A DNA stretch of 64,000 nt from Candidatus Magasanikiibacteriota bacterium (GCA_014729395.1 WJJZ01000002.1:64673-128672), one strand, 5' to 3'. Positions 41,757 through 51,320 are shown, counted from the first letter of the stretch. Notes: generated from the letters alone by a model not told the origin. Numbers and translations are program-made.

Positions 41757-42526
41757 AGCTTTTGGAAAATTACATTTCTATCAAAAACGCCTTTTTCAAA
41801 AGGTATAAAATCCAAAGCAAAGGCTCTGTAATTAACTTCGCCGATATATTCACTTTCAAATGTTTTTTCAAAAGTGGGATTTAAAAGTTTTAAGTACAGA
41901 TCGATGAATTTTGTAGCCGACCAACCCAAAATTTCAACTGGTTTTTTAAGTGTCTGTGAACGAAAGAACTTTTTTTTGCCGAAAGTTCGCTCGTCAAACA
42001 TATCTTTGCCAAGGTATTTGCAGATATACGCTCCGAGATTGGTAATATCTTTGATTTTTTTAATATCAATATTACCCTGTCCCCAAATGTCAGTTAATTC
42101 TTTGTAATGAACAAAGGGCAAATTACAAAGAACATGATAATGAACCGCCCCTCGTTGTTGAAATTCAGGCACTGCCAAATATTCAAAATTTGGGTACTTA
42201 TAATTCATCCTTAATATAAATTTATTAAAGATGTAGTTAGCTTCTTTTAAGTCAGTTATGTTGTCGGAAAAAGTTAGAGTTAAGAATTTATTTAATTGCG
42301 GGTTTGAATTGGTTAACCGACGGATTTCTGTTCTCGTTCGGTTTAATGATGAGGTCTTTTTTATTTTTTGATTTTTAATCCTCTTAAATATATCTAATTG
42401 TTTTGGCTCTTTATGAGTGTTTATATTTTGTTTCTTAGAAAAATCCCGCCAGACCTGTTTCTTATACTTGTAAACTTCAACATGCTTGCCCGATACCACA
42501 ACCTTGAAGTTGTAGGGATAGGCCAT
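41753..42526 (-). CDS. Rolling-circle replication initiator (HUH endonuclease)
   Basis: Motif I FLTLTF, motif II EFQQRGAVHYH, motif III YICKY. Confidence 0.88.
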   Translation of the reverse strand: MAYPYNFKVVVSGKHVEVYKYKKQVWRDFSKKQNINTHKEPKQLDIFKRIKNQKIKKTSSLNRTRTEIRRLTNSNPQLNKFLTLTFSDNITDLKEANYIFNKFILRMNYKYPNFEYLAVPEFQQRGAVHYHVLCNLPFVHYKELTDIWGQGNIDIKKIKDITNLGAYICKYLGKDMFDERTFGKKKFFRSQTLKKPVEILGWSATKFIDLYLKLLNPTFEKTFESEYIGEVNYRAFALDFIPFEKGVFDRNVIFQKL

Positions 42527-43025
42527 AACAATTTTTCGTTAGATGTATGGATATAATCAAGATTAGAATGTAAACTTTGACTTTGTTTCAAATTCCTTGT
42601 GGCAAGCAATCTTTTTTCGTCGTCGAGCAATCGACGAAAAAAGATTTTACTTGCCAGCCCAAGATAATTTAATTAACAAAGTTTCAATAGTAGCTTAAAA
42701 CATTCGAGTTGGAGAAAGTTGGAACAAAACATTTTCCAAGGAAATATTTTTGCTTAATTTTAGTTGAAAAATAAACAAAACTTTTTCCAACTTCTTGCTA
42801 ATATCTTAAACTATCTATGTTCTGAAAAGTTCCTATATCTTTTTTCAGAACTTTTTGATTGTTCCCAAAACAAAGGTAATTTACATTAAATCTTTTCAGA
42901 ATTCAGCGTAGCAAAAACGGTTTTAACAAAGTTGAACCGTATTTTAGTTAAAAAAAATAAAAAAGCTTTTGTTTAAGCTCTTTTTTGAAATATTTTTGGG
43001 GTAAAATACATTAGCCAGATTCTGT
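42527..43025. other. Putative rolling-circle origin region
   Basis: CTTGAT on the minus strand near 42556, strong hairpin 42601-42655, further inverted repeats; no long ORF. Confidence 0.5.
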
Positions 43026-43085
43026 TTGGCAGGTATGCTTTTTGAGGGTATAATAAAAGATAATCGAGAAAACTTTATTTTAAAT

Positions 43086-43853
43086 ATGCAAAAGATTTTT
43101 GATGTAAAAAAAGCAGATAATTATACAAGCAATTCTCAAAAAATAAGGATATTAACAGAAGATTGGGTTGATAGCCAGATTTTTTGCCCTTCTTGTGGTA
43201 CTAATATAGAAAATTATGAGAATAATCGACCAGTCGCTGATTTTTATTGTCCGAAATGTTCAGAGGAATATGAGTTGAAGAGTAAAAAAGACGGAATGGC
43301 GAAAAAAATAGTAGATGGGGCTTATAGTAAAATGATTGAGCGATTACAGAGCAGTAGTAATCCTAATTTCTTCTTTTTAAATTATAATCCAGTAAAATTT
43401 GAAGTGTATAATTTTTTGGTAATCCCAAAGCATTTTTTTGTTCCTAGTATTATAGAAAAACGAAAACCATTATCATCAACTGCAAGGAGAGCCGGTTGGG
43501 TTGGCTGTAATATATTACTCCAAAATATACCCCAAAGTGGAAAGATTTTTTATATAAAAAATGGTGAAGTAGAAAACAAAGATAAAATTCTAAAAAATTG
43601 GCAAAAAACTCTTTTTTTGAGAGATACAAAAAAAACTGAACTCAAGGGTTGGATTTTAGATGTTATGAATTGTATTGATAGTTTGGGAAAACAGGATTTT
43701 ACTTTGGAAGAAATGTATAACTTCGTTTCACTATTGAGTAAAAAACATCCAGATAATAGACATATAAAAGATAAAATTCGTCAGCAATTACAATTTTTAA
43801 GAGATAAGGGATATTTAGAATTTTTGGATAGAGGTAAATATAGGTTAAAATAA
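43086..43853 (+). CDS. dpnI: DpnI-family methyl-directed restriction endonuclease
   Basis: SQKIRILTEDW, CPSCG, NNRPVADFYC, EYELKSK, RRAGWVGC, KIRQQLQFLRD winged helix. Confidence 0.92.
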   Translation: MQKIFDVKKADNYTSNSQKIRILTEDWVDSQIFCPSCGTNIENYENNRPVADFYCPKCSEEYELKSKKDGMAKKIVDGAYSKMIERLQSSSNPNFFFLNYNPVKFEVYNFLVIPKHFFVPSIIEKRKPLSSTARRAGWVGCNILLQNIPQSGKIFYIKNGEVENKDKILKNWQKTLFLRDTKKTELKGWILDVMNCIDSLGKQDFTLEEMYNFVSLLSKKHPDNRHIKDKIRQQLQFLRDKGYLEFLDRGKYRLK

Positions 43854-43857
43854 AATT

Positions 43858-44052
43858 ATGAAAATTAAAAAATGTACTAATTGTGGAAGTCGAGATTTTT
43901 ATATTCAAGAGACTATTTGCCATAAAGCAACTTTATTAGATAATGGTAGGCTGGAAACATATAAAGACGCTGGCAATGGGATAGAAAAGATAACTTGTGG
44001 AAAATGTGAGACAGAATATAACGAAAATGATTTTGAAAATATAAAATTTTAG
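43858..44052 (+). CDS. Small Zn-ribbon protein
   Basis: CTNCG...CGKC. Confidence 0.6.
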   Translation: MKIKKCTNCGSRDFYIQETICHKATLLDNGRLETYKDAGNGIEKITCGKCETEYNENDFENIKF

Positions 44053-44056
44053 CCGT

Positions 44057-44266
44057 ATGCAAATAAATATCAATCCATTTTTCGCTAAAATAATATTAAG
44101 ACTAAATCCATTTAGTAAATTATTGGTAATGTGTAAAGGGTATAATGAAGATTATGATAATTTTACGGAATTAGTTTGGAGGGATGACAAAAACTTGGAT
44201 TTTTATGATAAAAAAAACTATCCTAAGTTTCAATTGTGGTTTATTAAAAAAATAAAATTATTATGA
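44057..44266 (+). CDS. Hypothetical protein
   Basis: Tightly packed 69-aa ORF. Confidence 0.5.
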   Translation: MQININPFFAKIILRLNPFSKLLVMCKGYNEDYDNFTELVWRDDKNLDFYDKKNYPKFQLWFIKKIKLL

Positions 44267-44946
44267 AATTAAAAAATGGAACCATAATGATTTTAGGGCC
44301 CGATAAAAATAATATTGCAAGAAAAGTTTTTGATTTAAAAATAATGCAAACTTTTCCTATAATTTCTATTGATAAAGATAATTCAATTTTAGTAACTGAA
44401 GATTCTAAAGATATCTCAATAAGTGGTTATGACCACCTTTCAATTCCACCAGATATTAACCTACATTTGACTAATAACAAAACATTAGACAACAAACATC
44501 TTAATTTTGTAACAAATTTTGTTGATTATGATAGTGGTTTATTGAAGAAAGATTTTCTACATATTTTTACATGGATGAGTAAACCAATATCTAATTATCG
44601 TGAACCTCATGGAACTTGGAACCAAGCACAAATAATATTTCCTCCTAAAGATAACTTATTTTCTGAAAATACTGCCATTTTTGTTGATTTTTTTGTTCAC
44701 AATTTCCCGCATGTAGATATAATTAATGATTACATTCTTGTTGATAAAATGATGCGTTTAGTTGGAGATAATAGCGGATATATCATTGGTCCCTATGAAT
44801 TTGAACAAGTTATACGTGGTTTACATAGATTCATACCAAAATTTTCATTTTCTTTAAGATTTGGATATTATGAAAATCTAATTGGCTCATCCAAAATATT
44901 TATACCATTAAAAATAAAAGAAAAAAATGCTACCACCTCAATATAA
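44263..44946 (+). CDS. Hypothetical protein
   Basis: 227-aa ORF overlapping both neighbours. Confidence 0.65.
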   Translation: MKLKNGTIMILGPDKNNIARKVFDLKIMQTFPIISIDKDNSILVTEDSKDISISGYDHLSIPPDINLHLTNNKTLDNKHLNFVTNFVDYDSGLLKKDFLHIFTWMSKPISNYREPHGTWNQAQIIFPPKDNLFSENTAIFVDFFVHNFPHVDIINDYILVDKMMRLVGDNSGYIIGPYEFEQVIRGLHRFIPKFSFSLRFGYYENLIGSSKIFIPLKIKEKNATTSI

Positions 44947-45739
44947 AAGTTATTATGAAATAGATTTTAAAACTCTAAAAAGAATTGAAATTTTTTTGAA
45001 CAGTAAATATATCTTTACTGTTGGGGTGTATAAAAAGGAAATGGGTTTTTATATTGATTTTCCTAAATTCAACAAATCTCAAACAAGTATCTCCAACTAC
45101 ACACTTCCAAAAGGAAAAAGACAAATCGACAAAATAGATCCCTCAAAAAGCGAGATAAAAGAAATTTGTCCTAAATTAAGTTTTCATGAATCAGGTTGGG
45201 TGCTTTTATCAAAAGGTGGTGTTTTTTTTGATAAAACTATTTCACGACAAAAAACCCACGACTCAATATTTGATAGCAATGGCGAACACATTTTTACAAT
45301 ATCATTACAAAACTTAAATAAATTACCTGATGAACCCCCGTCAACAAAAAATAAAATTGGGCATATTTCTTTGCCATTTTCACCAACACCAAAAGCTATA
45401 AAATTTGTAGGTAATTTATGGAAAAAAGAAGATCTTAAAAACGATTTTGAAGATTTTAACCTCTTAAAGAATGGAACTGAATTTCCTATAGTTTGGCCAA
45501 GAAAAGATGGCTCCAATCTTGGCGATATAGTTTTTATATTAAAAATATGCCATATTGAAAAAAATGAACCAATGTATCTAACGGTTCGTTGTATGCCTAT
45601 TCCGCTTTTAGACAAAACATATATAGACGGAACATTACTTACTCTTATTAGCGGGCTTATTTTTGACGAAGTTAACAATCTAGAAAAAGAAACTAACTTT
45701 ATAAGTTTTATGGCTAAAAATGACGATGTAAACAACTAA
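44927..45739 (+). CDS. Hypothetical protein
   Basis: 270-aa ORF with KLSFHESG. Confidence 0.65.
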   Translation: MLPPQYKSYYEIDFKTLKRIEIFLNSKYIFTVGVYKKEMGFYIDFPKFNKSQTSISNYTLPKGKRQIDKIDPSKSEIKEICPKLSFHESGWVLLSKGGVFFDKTISRQKTHDSIFDSNGEHIFTISLQNLNKLPDEPPSTKNKIGHISLPFSPTPKAIKFVGNLWKKEDLKNDFEDFNLLKNGTEFPIVWPRKDGSNLGDIVFILKICHIEKNEPMYLTVRCMPIPLLDKTYIDGTLLTLISGLIFDEVNNLEKETNFISFMAKNDDVNN

Positions 45740-45946
45740 TATCATCTCTAATTATCTTTCTAACCTTCTCTACTACCCCGAGCAAACAAAAACAAGGTTT
45801 TAAAAAGATCTTGTTTTTGTTTAGTTTTAGTTAAATTTAAAGTTCAAAAAATTTGCAAAAAAGTGTTTACCCAAAGCGGGATTCGAACTTTTAATATGTT
45901 TTTTAGTGTGATAAACTTAAGATATAATAATTATCAAAAAACAAAT

Positions 45947-46240
45947 ATGAAAATAGATCAAAAATATCCTAAGGGTCATTTTATAGGGCAAGGCCTTGCA
46001 ATAGGAATACCGATTGGGATTCCAATAGGTTTAGCCTTAGGAAACATTGCTTTAGGGCCTGCGATCGGTGTAGGAATTGGAATTTTACTAGGTATTGGTC
46101 TTGAAAAGAAATATCAAAAAGAAGGAAAGATTAGACCAAGAGATGAATCTGAAAAAAAATTACAAAAAAGAAATTTAATTGCTGTTGTTGTAGCATTGAT
46201 TATTCTTTCATTAACTATAATAGCTACAAAAATATTTTAA
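45947..46240 (+). CDS. Glycine-zipper membrane protein
   Basis: GLAIGIPIGIPIGLALGNIALGPAIGVGIG and a C-terminal TM. Confidence 0.7.
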   Translation: MKIDQKYPKGHFIGQGLAIGIPIGIPIGLALGNIALGPAIGVGIGILLGIGLEKKYQKEGKIRPRDESEKKLQKRNLIAVVVALIILSLTIIATKIF

Positions 46241-46249
46241 GATAAAAAA

Positions 46250-46588
46250 ATGGAAGAAAAAAAATTCGAAAAAACTTGGTTAAATTTATATTTAATATCA
46301 TCAATATTATTTACAATTATTGGACTTGTCATGTTAATAATTGACAATAAGTATTTAGCCGGAAGTCAATACCTAATTACTGCGATTATTTTTATTACTG
46401 CAATATTTTTAATTAAAAAAAATAAAATATCTCCTAATTATTCAAATCCAATGTTGTTTTTAGGTTTTATTTTTTCCATAATTGGACTAACAAGTCCAAT
46501 AGGGCTAAGTATGCATATTGGATTATGGTCACTAGGAATTATTTTTTTTCTTTCAGGGTTATTTGCTAAGGAAAAAAAACATAATTGA
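46250..46588 (+). CDS. Four-TM membrane protein
   Basis: Four hydrophobic segments. Confidence 0.65.
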   Translation: MEEKKFEKTWLNLYLISSILFTIIGLVMLIIDNKYLAGSQYLITAIIFITAIFLIKKNKISPNYSNPMLFLGFIFSIIGLTSPIGLSMHIGLWSLGIIFFLSGLFAKEKKHN

Positions 46589-46868
46589 TTTTATCTCAAA
46601 TTGCTTAAAAAAGTTCTAAAGTCGTCCCGGTATGCGAGCAACAGGGATAAAATAGGTTTAAACACCTATTTTTCTTTTTAACTTAGCAAAAAATAACGGT
46701 TCTGAAGTAAATTTTTAAAAGCAAAAATTTAAAAAATATTTTGCTAATTTTAGCAAAGAAAATTTTGAAGAAAAAAGAGCAGGTAAGAATTCGAACTACA
46801 ATCAATTGTCTTAAATTGGTTGATGAATAATTGAATAAGAAGACTAATCTTGTTATTATATTTAATGT

Positions 46869-48542
46869 ATGAAAAAAAGACAAGGCTTTACTTTGATAGA
46901 ACTTCTAATAGTTATTGCCATTATTGCTATAGTAGCAGCCGTTATTTTTACTGCAGTGGATCCTTTGCGTCGCTTTGCTGATGCCAGAAACGCCAATCGT
47001 TGGAATGCTGTAGGATCAATCGTAACTGCGGTAAAATTACATGATGTTGATCATGGAATCAATTCCTTCCCTGGGATAGATGGCAGTTTGCGTATGATAG
47101 GTACAGCCAGTTCTGGTTGTAGTGTAGTGTGCAGTGGCGAGGAAATAGCGGTACTAGATCGTGATGATTACACCGACAAGTTTGCCCGGGGCTTTGAGTG
47201 GTTTTTGCACCCAAAAATAGCTTATGCCGCACCGATTTCCGGTTGGGTGTCGCCAACTGGGTTTACTGATTCTGCCAGTCAATGGACTAATGAAAATTAT
47301 ATTTATGACAATAATGTAGGTACTTATGCCAGTAATAACTACGGCGGGTCTGGTTGGGGTCAATTTATAGAACTTACTTTGAGCACACCTATCACATCTA
47401 ATAAAGTAAGAATCAATGCTGATTATTTAGATGCACATATCAATTATGTAGACATAGATGTTTATGTCGATGGTAATTGGGTTGATGTCTTTCAGGGCGG
47501 TAACGAAGCGAGTTGGAATGTTCAGTGGGTAGAATTACCTTTTACTCAGGGTACAGTGGAAAAAGCCAGATTTCGTTGGAATTATAAAGTGGGAGGTTAT
47601 TATTATTGGTTATATGAATTTCAATTTTACCAAGCAGCTGACGAGGTTAGCTTGCCAATTTGTGGTTTAGCCCAAACTAATTATATTGATGAAAGTCGAG
47701 CAATTTTACAAGGCGCTGTGGATAATGATGGAGGAGACCCAGTAGAATATAGATTCCAATATGGTCTTAGCACTTCATATAATTATTCTACTGATTGGAC
47801 AGGTGATAAAGTAAGTGGTGAAAATTTTCAAGAAATGATCACTGGTTTGGATGGGGGCACAACTTATTATTACCGCGTACAACTTCGTAACACTACCGGG
47901 ACAATTAGTTGCGACGGAGAAAATTTTACTACTGCATCTGAAGGAGCGTCTTGGCTTTTGCCTAATAGTTCCAGTGGCAGTTGGGAAAATAAAAGCCAAA
48001 GCTTTGATAGTAATTTAACTAGCTATGCTCGTCTTTACCATAATATAAATGATCCAGCTTGGGGTGATTATATTTATTTTAATCACTCTCCTGTTTATTA
48101 TGATCAGCTAAAATTCTATGCTTTAGGAAACAGTGAAGTGAACGGGATTGATGTTGATATATATAAAAATGGTGAATGGGAGGATGTATACCAAGGCTCT
48201 TTTTCAGATAGAAGTTGGGTACAATTAAGTTTTGATGAAGGTCAAGTCACACAATCCAGAATTCGTTTTTCTACACCCTATACTACCCATGGTTTTTTTT
48301 GGCAATTGTATGAATATCAAATGTGGCGGACGGAAAACTCTCAAGATATAAATGTGACTGAAGAATCATGTGTTGATATTGCTGATAATTTGTCTAATTA
48401 TATTCCAGTGATTCCTGTTGATCCAAAATATGGCAGTGAGGAGAGAACTTATTATGCCATTAAGCGTGAGAATAATAATCGTAAAATTACTGTTATGGCC
48501 TGTGGTGCTGAAAATGGTGAAGAAATAAAAATAACAAAATAA
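46869..48542 (+). CDS. Large type IV pilin-like protein with inserted beta-sandwich domains
   Basis: KKRQG|FTLIELL class III signal; duplicated ~130-aa module; IPVDP...ITVMAC C-terminus. Confidence 0.85.
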   Translation: MKKRQGFTLIELLIVIAIIAIVAAVIFTAVDPLRRFADARNANRWNAVGSIVTAVKLHDVDHGINSFPGIDGSLRMIGTASSGCSVVCSGEEIAVLDRDDYTDKFARGFEWFLHPKIAYAAPISGWVSPTGFTDSASQWTNENYIYDNNVGTYASNNYGGSGWGQFIELTLSTPITSNKVRINADYLDAHINYVDIDVYVDGNWVDVFQGGNEASWNVQWVELPFTQGTVEKARFRWNYKVGGYYYWLYEFQFYQAADEVSLPICGLAQTNYIDESRAILQGAVDNDGGDPVEYRFQYGLSTSYNYSTDWTGDKVSGENFQEMITGLDGGTTYYYRVQLRNTTGTISCDGENFTTASEGASWLLPNSSSGSWENKSQSFDSNLTSYARLYHNINDPAWGDYIYFNHSPVYYDQLKFYALGNSEVNGIDVDIYKNGEWEDVYQGSFSDRSWVQLSFDEGQVTQSRIRFSTPYTTHGFFWQLYEYQMWRTENSQDINVTEESCVDIADNLSNYIPVIPVDPKYGSEERTYYAIKRENNNRKITVMACGAENGEEIKITK

Positions 48543-48697
48543 ATTATTTCAGAGATTAATTAGAAAAATAAACATTTATTTATCCCCACAAAATTTAGCT
48601 TAATCTCGCTAAAAAAGGTTCGGAAGCTGTCCCTATACGCGAGCAATTAAATATTTAGGCTGCTTGCCCCGCAGCGAGCGTTAGCGAGCTTTGCGGG

Positions 48698-48737
48698 GTT
48701 AACCAGGAAGTTGCAGGTTCAAGTCCTGCTCTCGGAG
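48698..48737 (+). other. tRNA-Asn 3' half (distal att site)
   Basis: GTTAACCAGGAAGTT-GCAGG-TTCAAGT-CCTGC-TCTCGGAG; 29/40 identical to 39783-39822. Confidence 0.85.
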
Positions 48738-48979
48738 ATCGATTTGGAAATAGGTATAGGTAAGAAAAATATTATACCCCAGGTGATTCAACCTGGGTTA
48801 TTTGTTTTTCCAAAAAAAAGCTTTATCAAGCCAAATATGGGAGTTTATACCTTGACAAGAGGGCGTTTTTGTGCTATTTTATATCATTGTTTTTTAACAG
48901 TATTGTGGTTGAATTTTGTCCTTATCTGAGGCCAGAATTTGGTTCCTATACAACCCCAATTCCTATTAAAGGAGGTAAA

Positions 48980-49450
48980 ATGCGAAAGTACAGCACGATT
49001 CTTTGTCTTCTAACAGGTATGGTCTTTTTTCTGGCCGGATGCGATTCCGACCTGAAGATCAGGCCGGAAAAGGAAACCAAGGTGGACGAGTGTATCAACA
49101 TCTCGAATCCGCATATGGTTTCAGATGATTTCAGACTGATTAATTTTCTGGACGAGGCGGCCAAGAAGGCCGAGTTTCAGATCAATGAATTTAGTGAGAT
49201 GAAAATTGACCATGGTAATTGTCTCATAGAAATTGAAATGGACCTTTACATTCGATCGCTCCAAGAGGATCAATTGAATGAGTTTTTCAAAGGCTTGTTG
49301 CAGTATGGCGGGAGCCCTGTGAAAGTCAAGAACCTCCGGTTCAGAACGCTGGATAACGGTATGGTGTCTGCAGCGGTGTCTGTTTCCGTCTTCAGGCTAG
49401 AAGACGATTGCCCTCAGACCCTAGCCGGTTGTCTAGCGTTAAAGCTATAG
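48980..49450 (+). CDS. Predicted lipoprotein, possible PilO/GspM-like fold
   Basis: Lipobox LAGC, AGGAGG SD; residue pattern resembles PilO. Confidence 0.55.
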   Translation: MRKYSTILCLLTGMVFFLAGCDSDLKIRPEKETKVDECINISNPHMVSDDFRLINFLDEAAKKAEFQINEFSEMKIDHGNCLIEIEMDLYIRSLQEDQLNEFFKGLLQYGGSPVKVKNLRFRTLDNGMVSAAVSVSVFRLEDDCPQTLAGCLALKL

Positions 49451-49561
49451 GGCGATAAAAATACATCACAACCACCCGGTTCTCCAAGCGAGGACCGGGT
49501 TTTTTAATGTAACTTGTATTTTTATTGGAAAGATTATACAATATATTCATACTTTATTGAT

Positions 49562-49960
49562 ATGAATTATAAAAGAGTAAATAAAAAAATGAAACTGTTA
49601 GCTTTTTTGTCAGTTTTGGCCTTATTTTTATGTTGCGGATCCGTTTGGCAAAATTTGTCGACTCATCAGAGCTACAATAATATTGACTCAGAAAATGGTC
49701 ATATGTCCGCATGTGGTTCAGGTGAAATGTCCGGGGAGAGCTGTAGCAGTCACAATGAGATGGTTTCTGTTTTTACTCAACAATATTTGCCCCAGTTATT
49801 GATTTTGCTGTCAGCCGTTTTACTGTTTTTTGTCATATTGAAAATTGATAGATTTGTTTATTATTTCAGACAAATTAGAGATCGCTACGGAGGGTTTTTA
49901 TTATTTAATAATTTTATAATTTTATTTAAAAAAGGAATACTTCATCCTCGGATATTCTAA
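49562..49960 (+). CDS. His/Met/Cys-rich membrane peptide
   Basis: Signal-like N-terminus, HMSAC...CSSH, TM, C-terminal GILHPRIF. Confidence 0.55.
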   Translation: MNYKRVNKKMKLLAFLSVLALFLCCGSVWQNLSTHQSYNNIDSENGHMSACGSGEMSGESCSSHNEMVSVFTQQYLPQLLILLSAVLLFFVILKIDRFVYYFRQIRDRYGGFLLFNNFIILFKKGILHPRIF

Positions 49961-50085
49961 TTTTTTTATCAAAACTTTGTTTTATCAAAACAAGGTTTTT
50001 TGTTATCCAAAATTCGCTGTTTCACTAATTCGGACTGCACATTCGAATTAAAAATGGCGATCATTATTCAAGTTAATGAAAAAAT

Positions 50086-50832
50086 ATGACACAAGAAAAC
50101 AAAAAAATATCTACCAAAATGGCTTTTTTTGGCGGTTTGATTGGAGGTTTGTTAATCATTTCAAGTATTGGTTTTTTCGTTCTCCTCGGCTTTTTTTTAA
50201 AAGGAGATGTAGAAGCTGTAGAGAATCGTGCACCGGTGGCTAAAGAACCCGTACCTGTCGAGACAGAGCAAGCGCAAGGGATCGATAAAAAAATCAGCTT
50301 GGCTCCTGTGACCGGCGATGATCATATACGCGGGGCGCGCAATGCTCCGGTGACGATTGTGGAGTATTCAGATACCGAGTGTCCTTTTTGTAAACGTTTC
50401 CACAATACAATGTTAGAGGTTATGGAGGAATATGGAGACAGGGTTAGGTGGGTTTACAGACACGCTCCTTTAGACAGTCTGCATAGGAATGCCAGACAAG
50501 AGGCGGAAGCAAGTGAATGTGCTTCCGAGCAAGGAAAATTTTGGGAATATATTGACAGACTGTTTGCAATTACACCCTCTAATGACGGTCTTGAGTATGA
50601 ACAATTAACTGATATTGCCGAGTATGTGAGTTTGAATAAAACCGGTTTTGAAACATGCTTGGAGTCAGGTAAATACGAGAAAAAAGTTCAATCACATCTT
50701 CAAGATGCTGTTAGTGCCGGAATGCGAGGAACACCTTATTCAGTGATTATGTTTGAAGATAAAAAAATTCCGGTAAGCGGTGCCTATTCATTTTCACAGA
50801 TGAAAAATATTTTGGATAATATCTTAAATTAA
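50086..50832 (+). CDS. DsbA-family thiol-disulfide oxidoreductase
   Basis: EYSDTECPFC, GTP. Confidence 0.9.
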   Translation: MTQENKKISTKMAFFGGLIGGLLIISSIGFFVLLGFFLKGDVEAVENRAPVAKEPVPVETEQAQGIDKKISLAPVTGDDHIRGARNAPVTIVEYSDTECPFCKRFHNTMLEVMEEYGDRVRWVYRHAPLDSLHRNARQEAEASECASEQGKFWEYIDRLFAITPSNDGLEYEQLTDIAEYVSLNKTGFETCLESGKYEKKVQSHLQDAVSAGMRGTPYSVIMFEDKKIPVSGAYSFSQMKNILDNILN

Positions 50833-50840
50833 TTGATTCG

Positions 50841-51314
50841 ATGAAAATTATCAAAATATCTCTGATTGTTGTTATCGTGGTTTTAGGACTGTTTATATCA
50901 TATCGCTCCATTCGCGGCAGTACTGAAAGCGGGGAAGAATTAAGCCGAGCTGCCGGAACCGTTATGGTATATAAGTCGCCGGACTGCGGATGTTGTGTCA
51001 ATCATATAGCCTACTTACGCAGACATGGTTTTGAAGTGGGAGTTGTGGAAATGAATAATATGCCATCTGTCAAGAAAAAATTCGGAGTAACTAGAGAATT
51101 GGAAAGTTGTCATACTTCCGTTTTTGGTGATTATGTAGTTGAAGGGCATGTACCGATAGAGGCAATAAATAAATTATTAACAGAACAACCGGATATAAGC
51201 GGTATTGCCTTGCCGGAAATGCCGCCCGGTTCTCCGGGTATGCCGGGAATAAAAAGAGCTCCTTTTGTTATATACACTTTGGGTAAGGAAAAAGATGAAT
51301 TTATTAAGATTTAA
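50841..51314 (+). CDS. DUF411 / CopG-like metal-binding protein
   Basis: CGCC, SCHT, EGHVP, MPPGSPGM. Confidence 0.88.
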   Translation: MKIIKISLIVVIVVLGLFISYRSIRGSTESGEELSRAAGTVMVYKSPDCGCCVNHIAYLRRHGFEVGVVEMNNMPSVKKKFGVTRELESCHTSVFGDYVVEGHVPIEAINKLLTEQPDISGIALPEMPPGSPGMPGIKRAPFVIYTLGKEKDEFIKI

Positions 51315-51320
51315 AAAAAT

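Larger units (their letters stand above)
39783..48737. mobile_element. Integrative element at tRNA-Asn (serine recombinase + rolling-circle Rep + cargo)
   Basis: Bounded by tRNA-Asn and a second tRNA-Asn 3' half at 48698-48737; AT-rich cargo. Confidence 0.85.

Noticed and set aside
48698-48737. Second complete tRNA-Asn
   Set aside because: No D-arm or 5' acceptor strand upstream; only the 3' half is present.
39783-48737. Prophage, inovirus or classical integron
   Set aside because: No recognisable capsid, Zot-like ATPase, terminase or tyrosine integrase, and the spacers lack clear attC R/L boxes.
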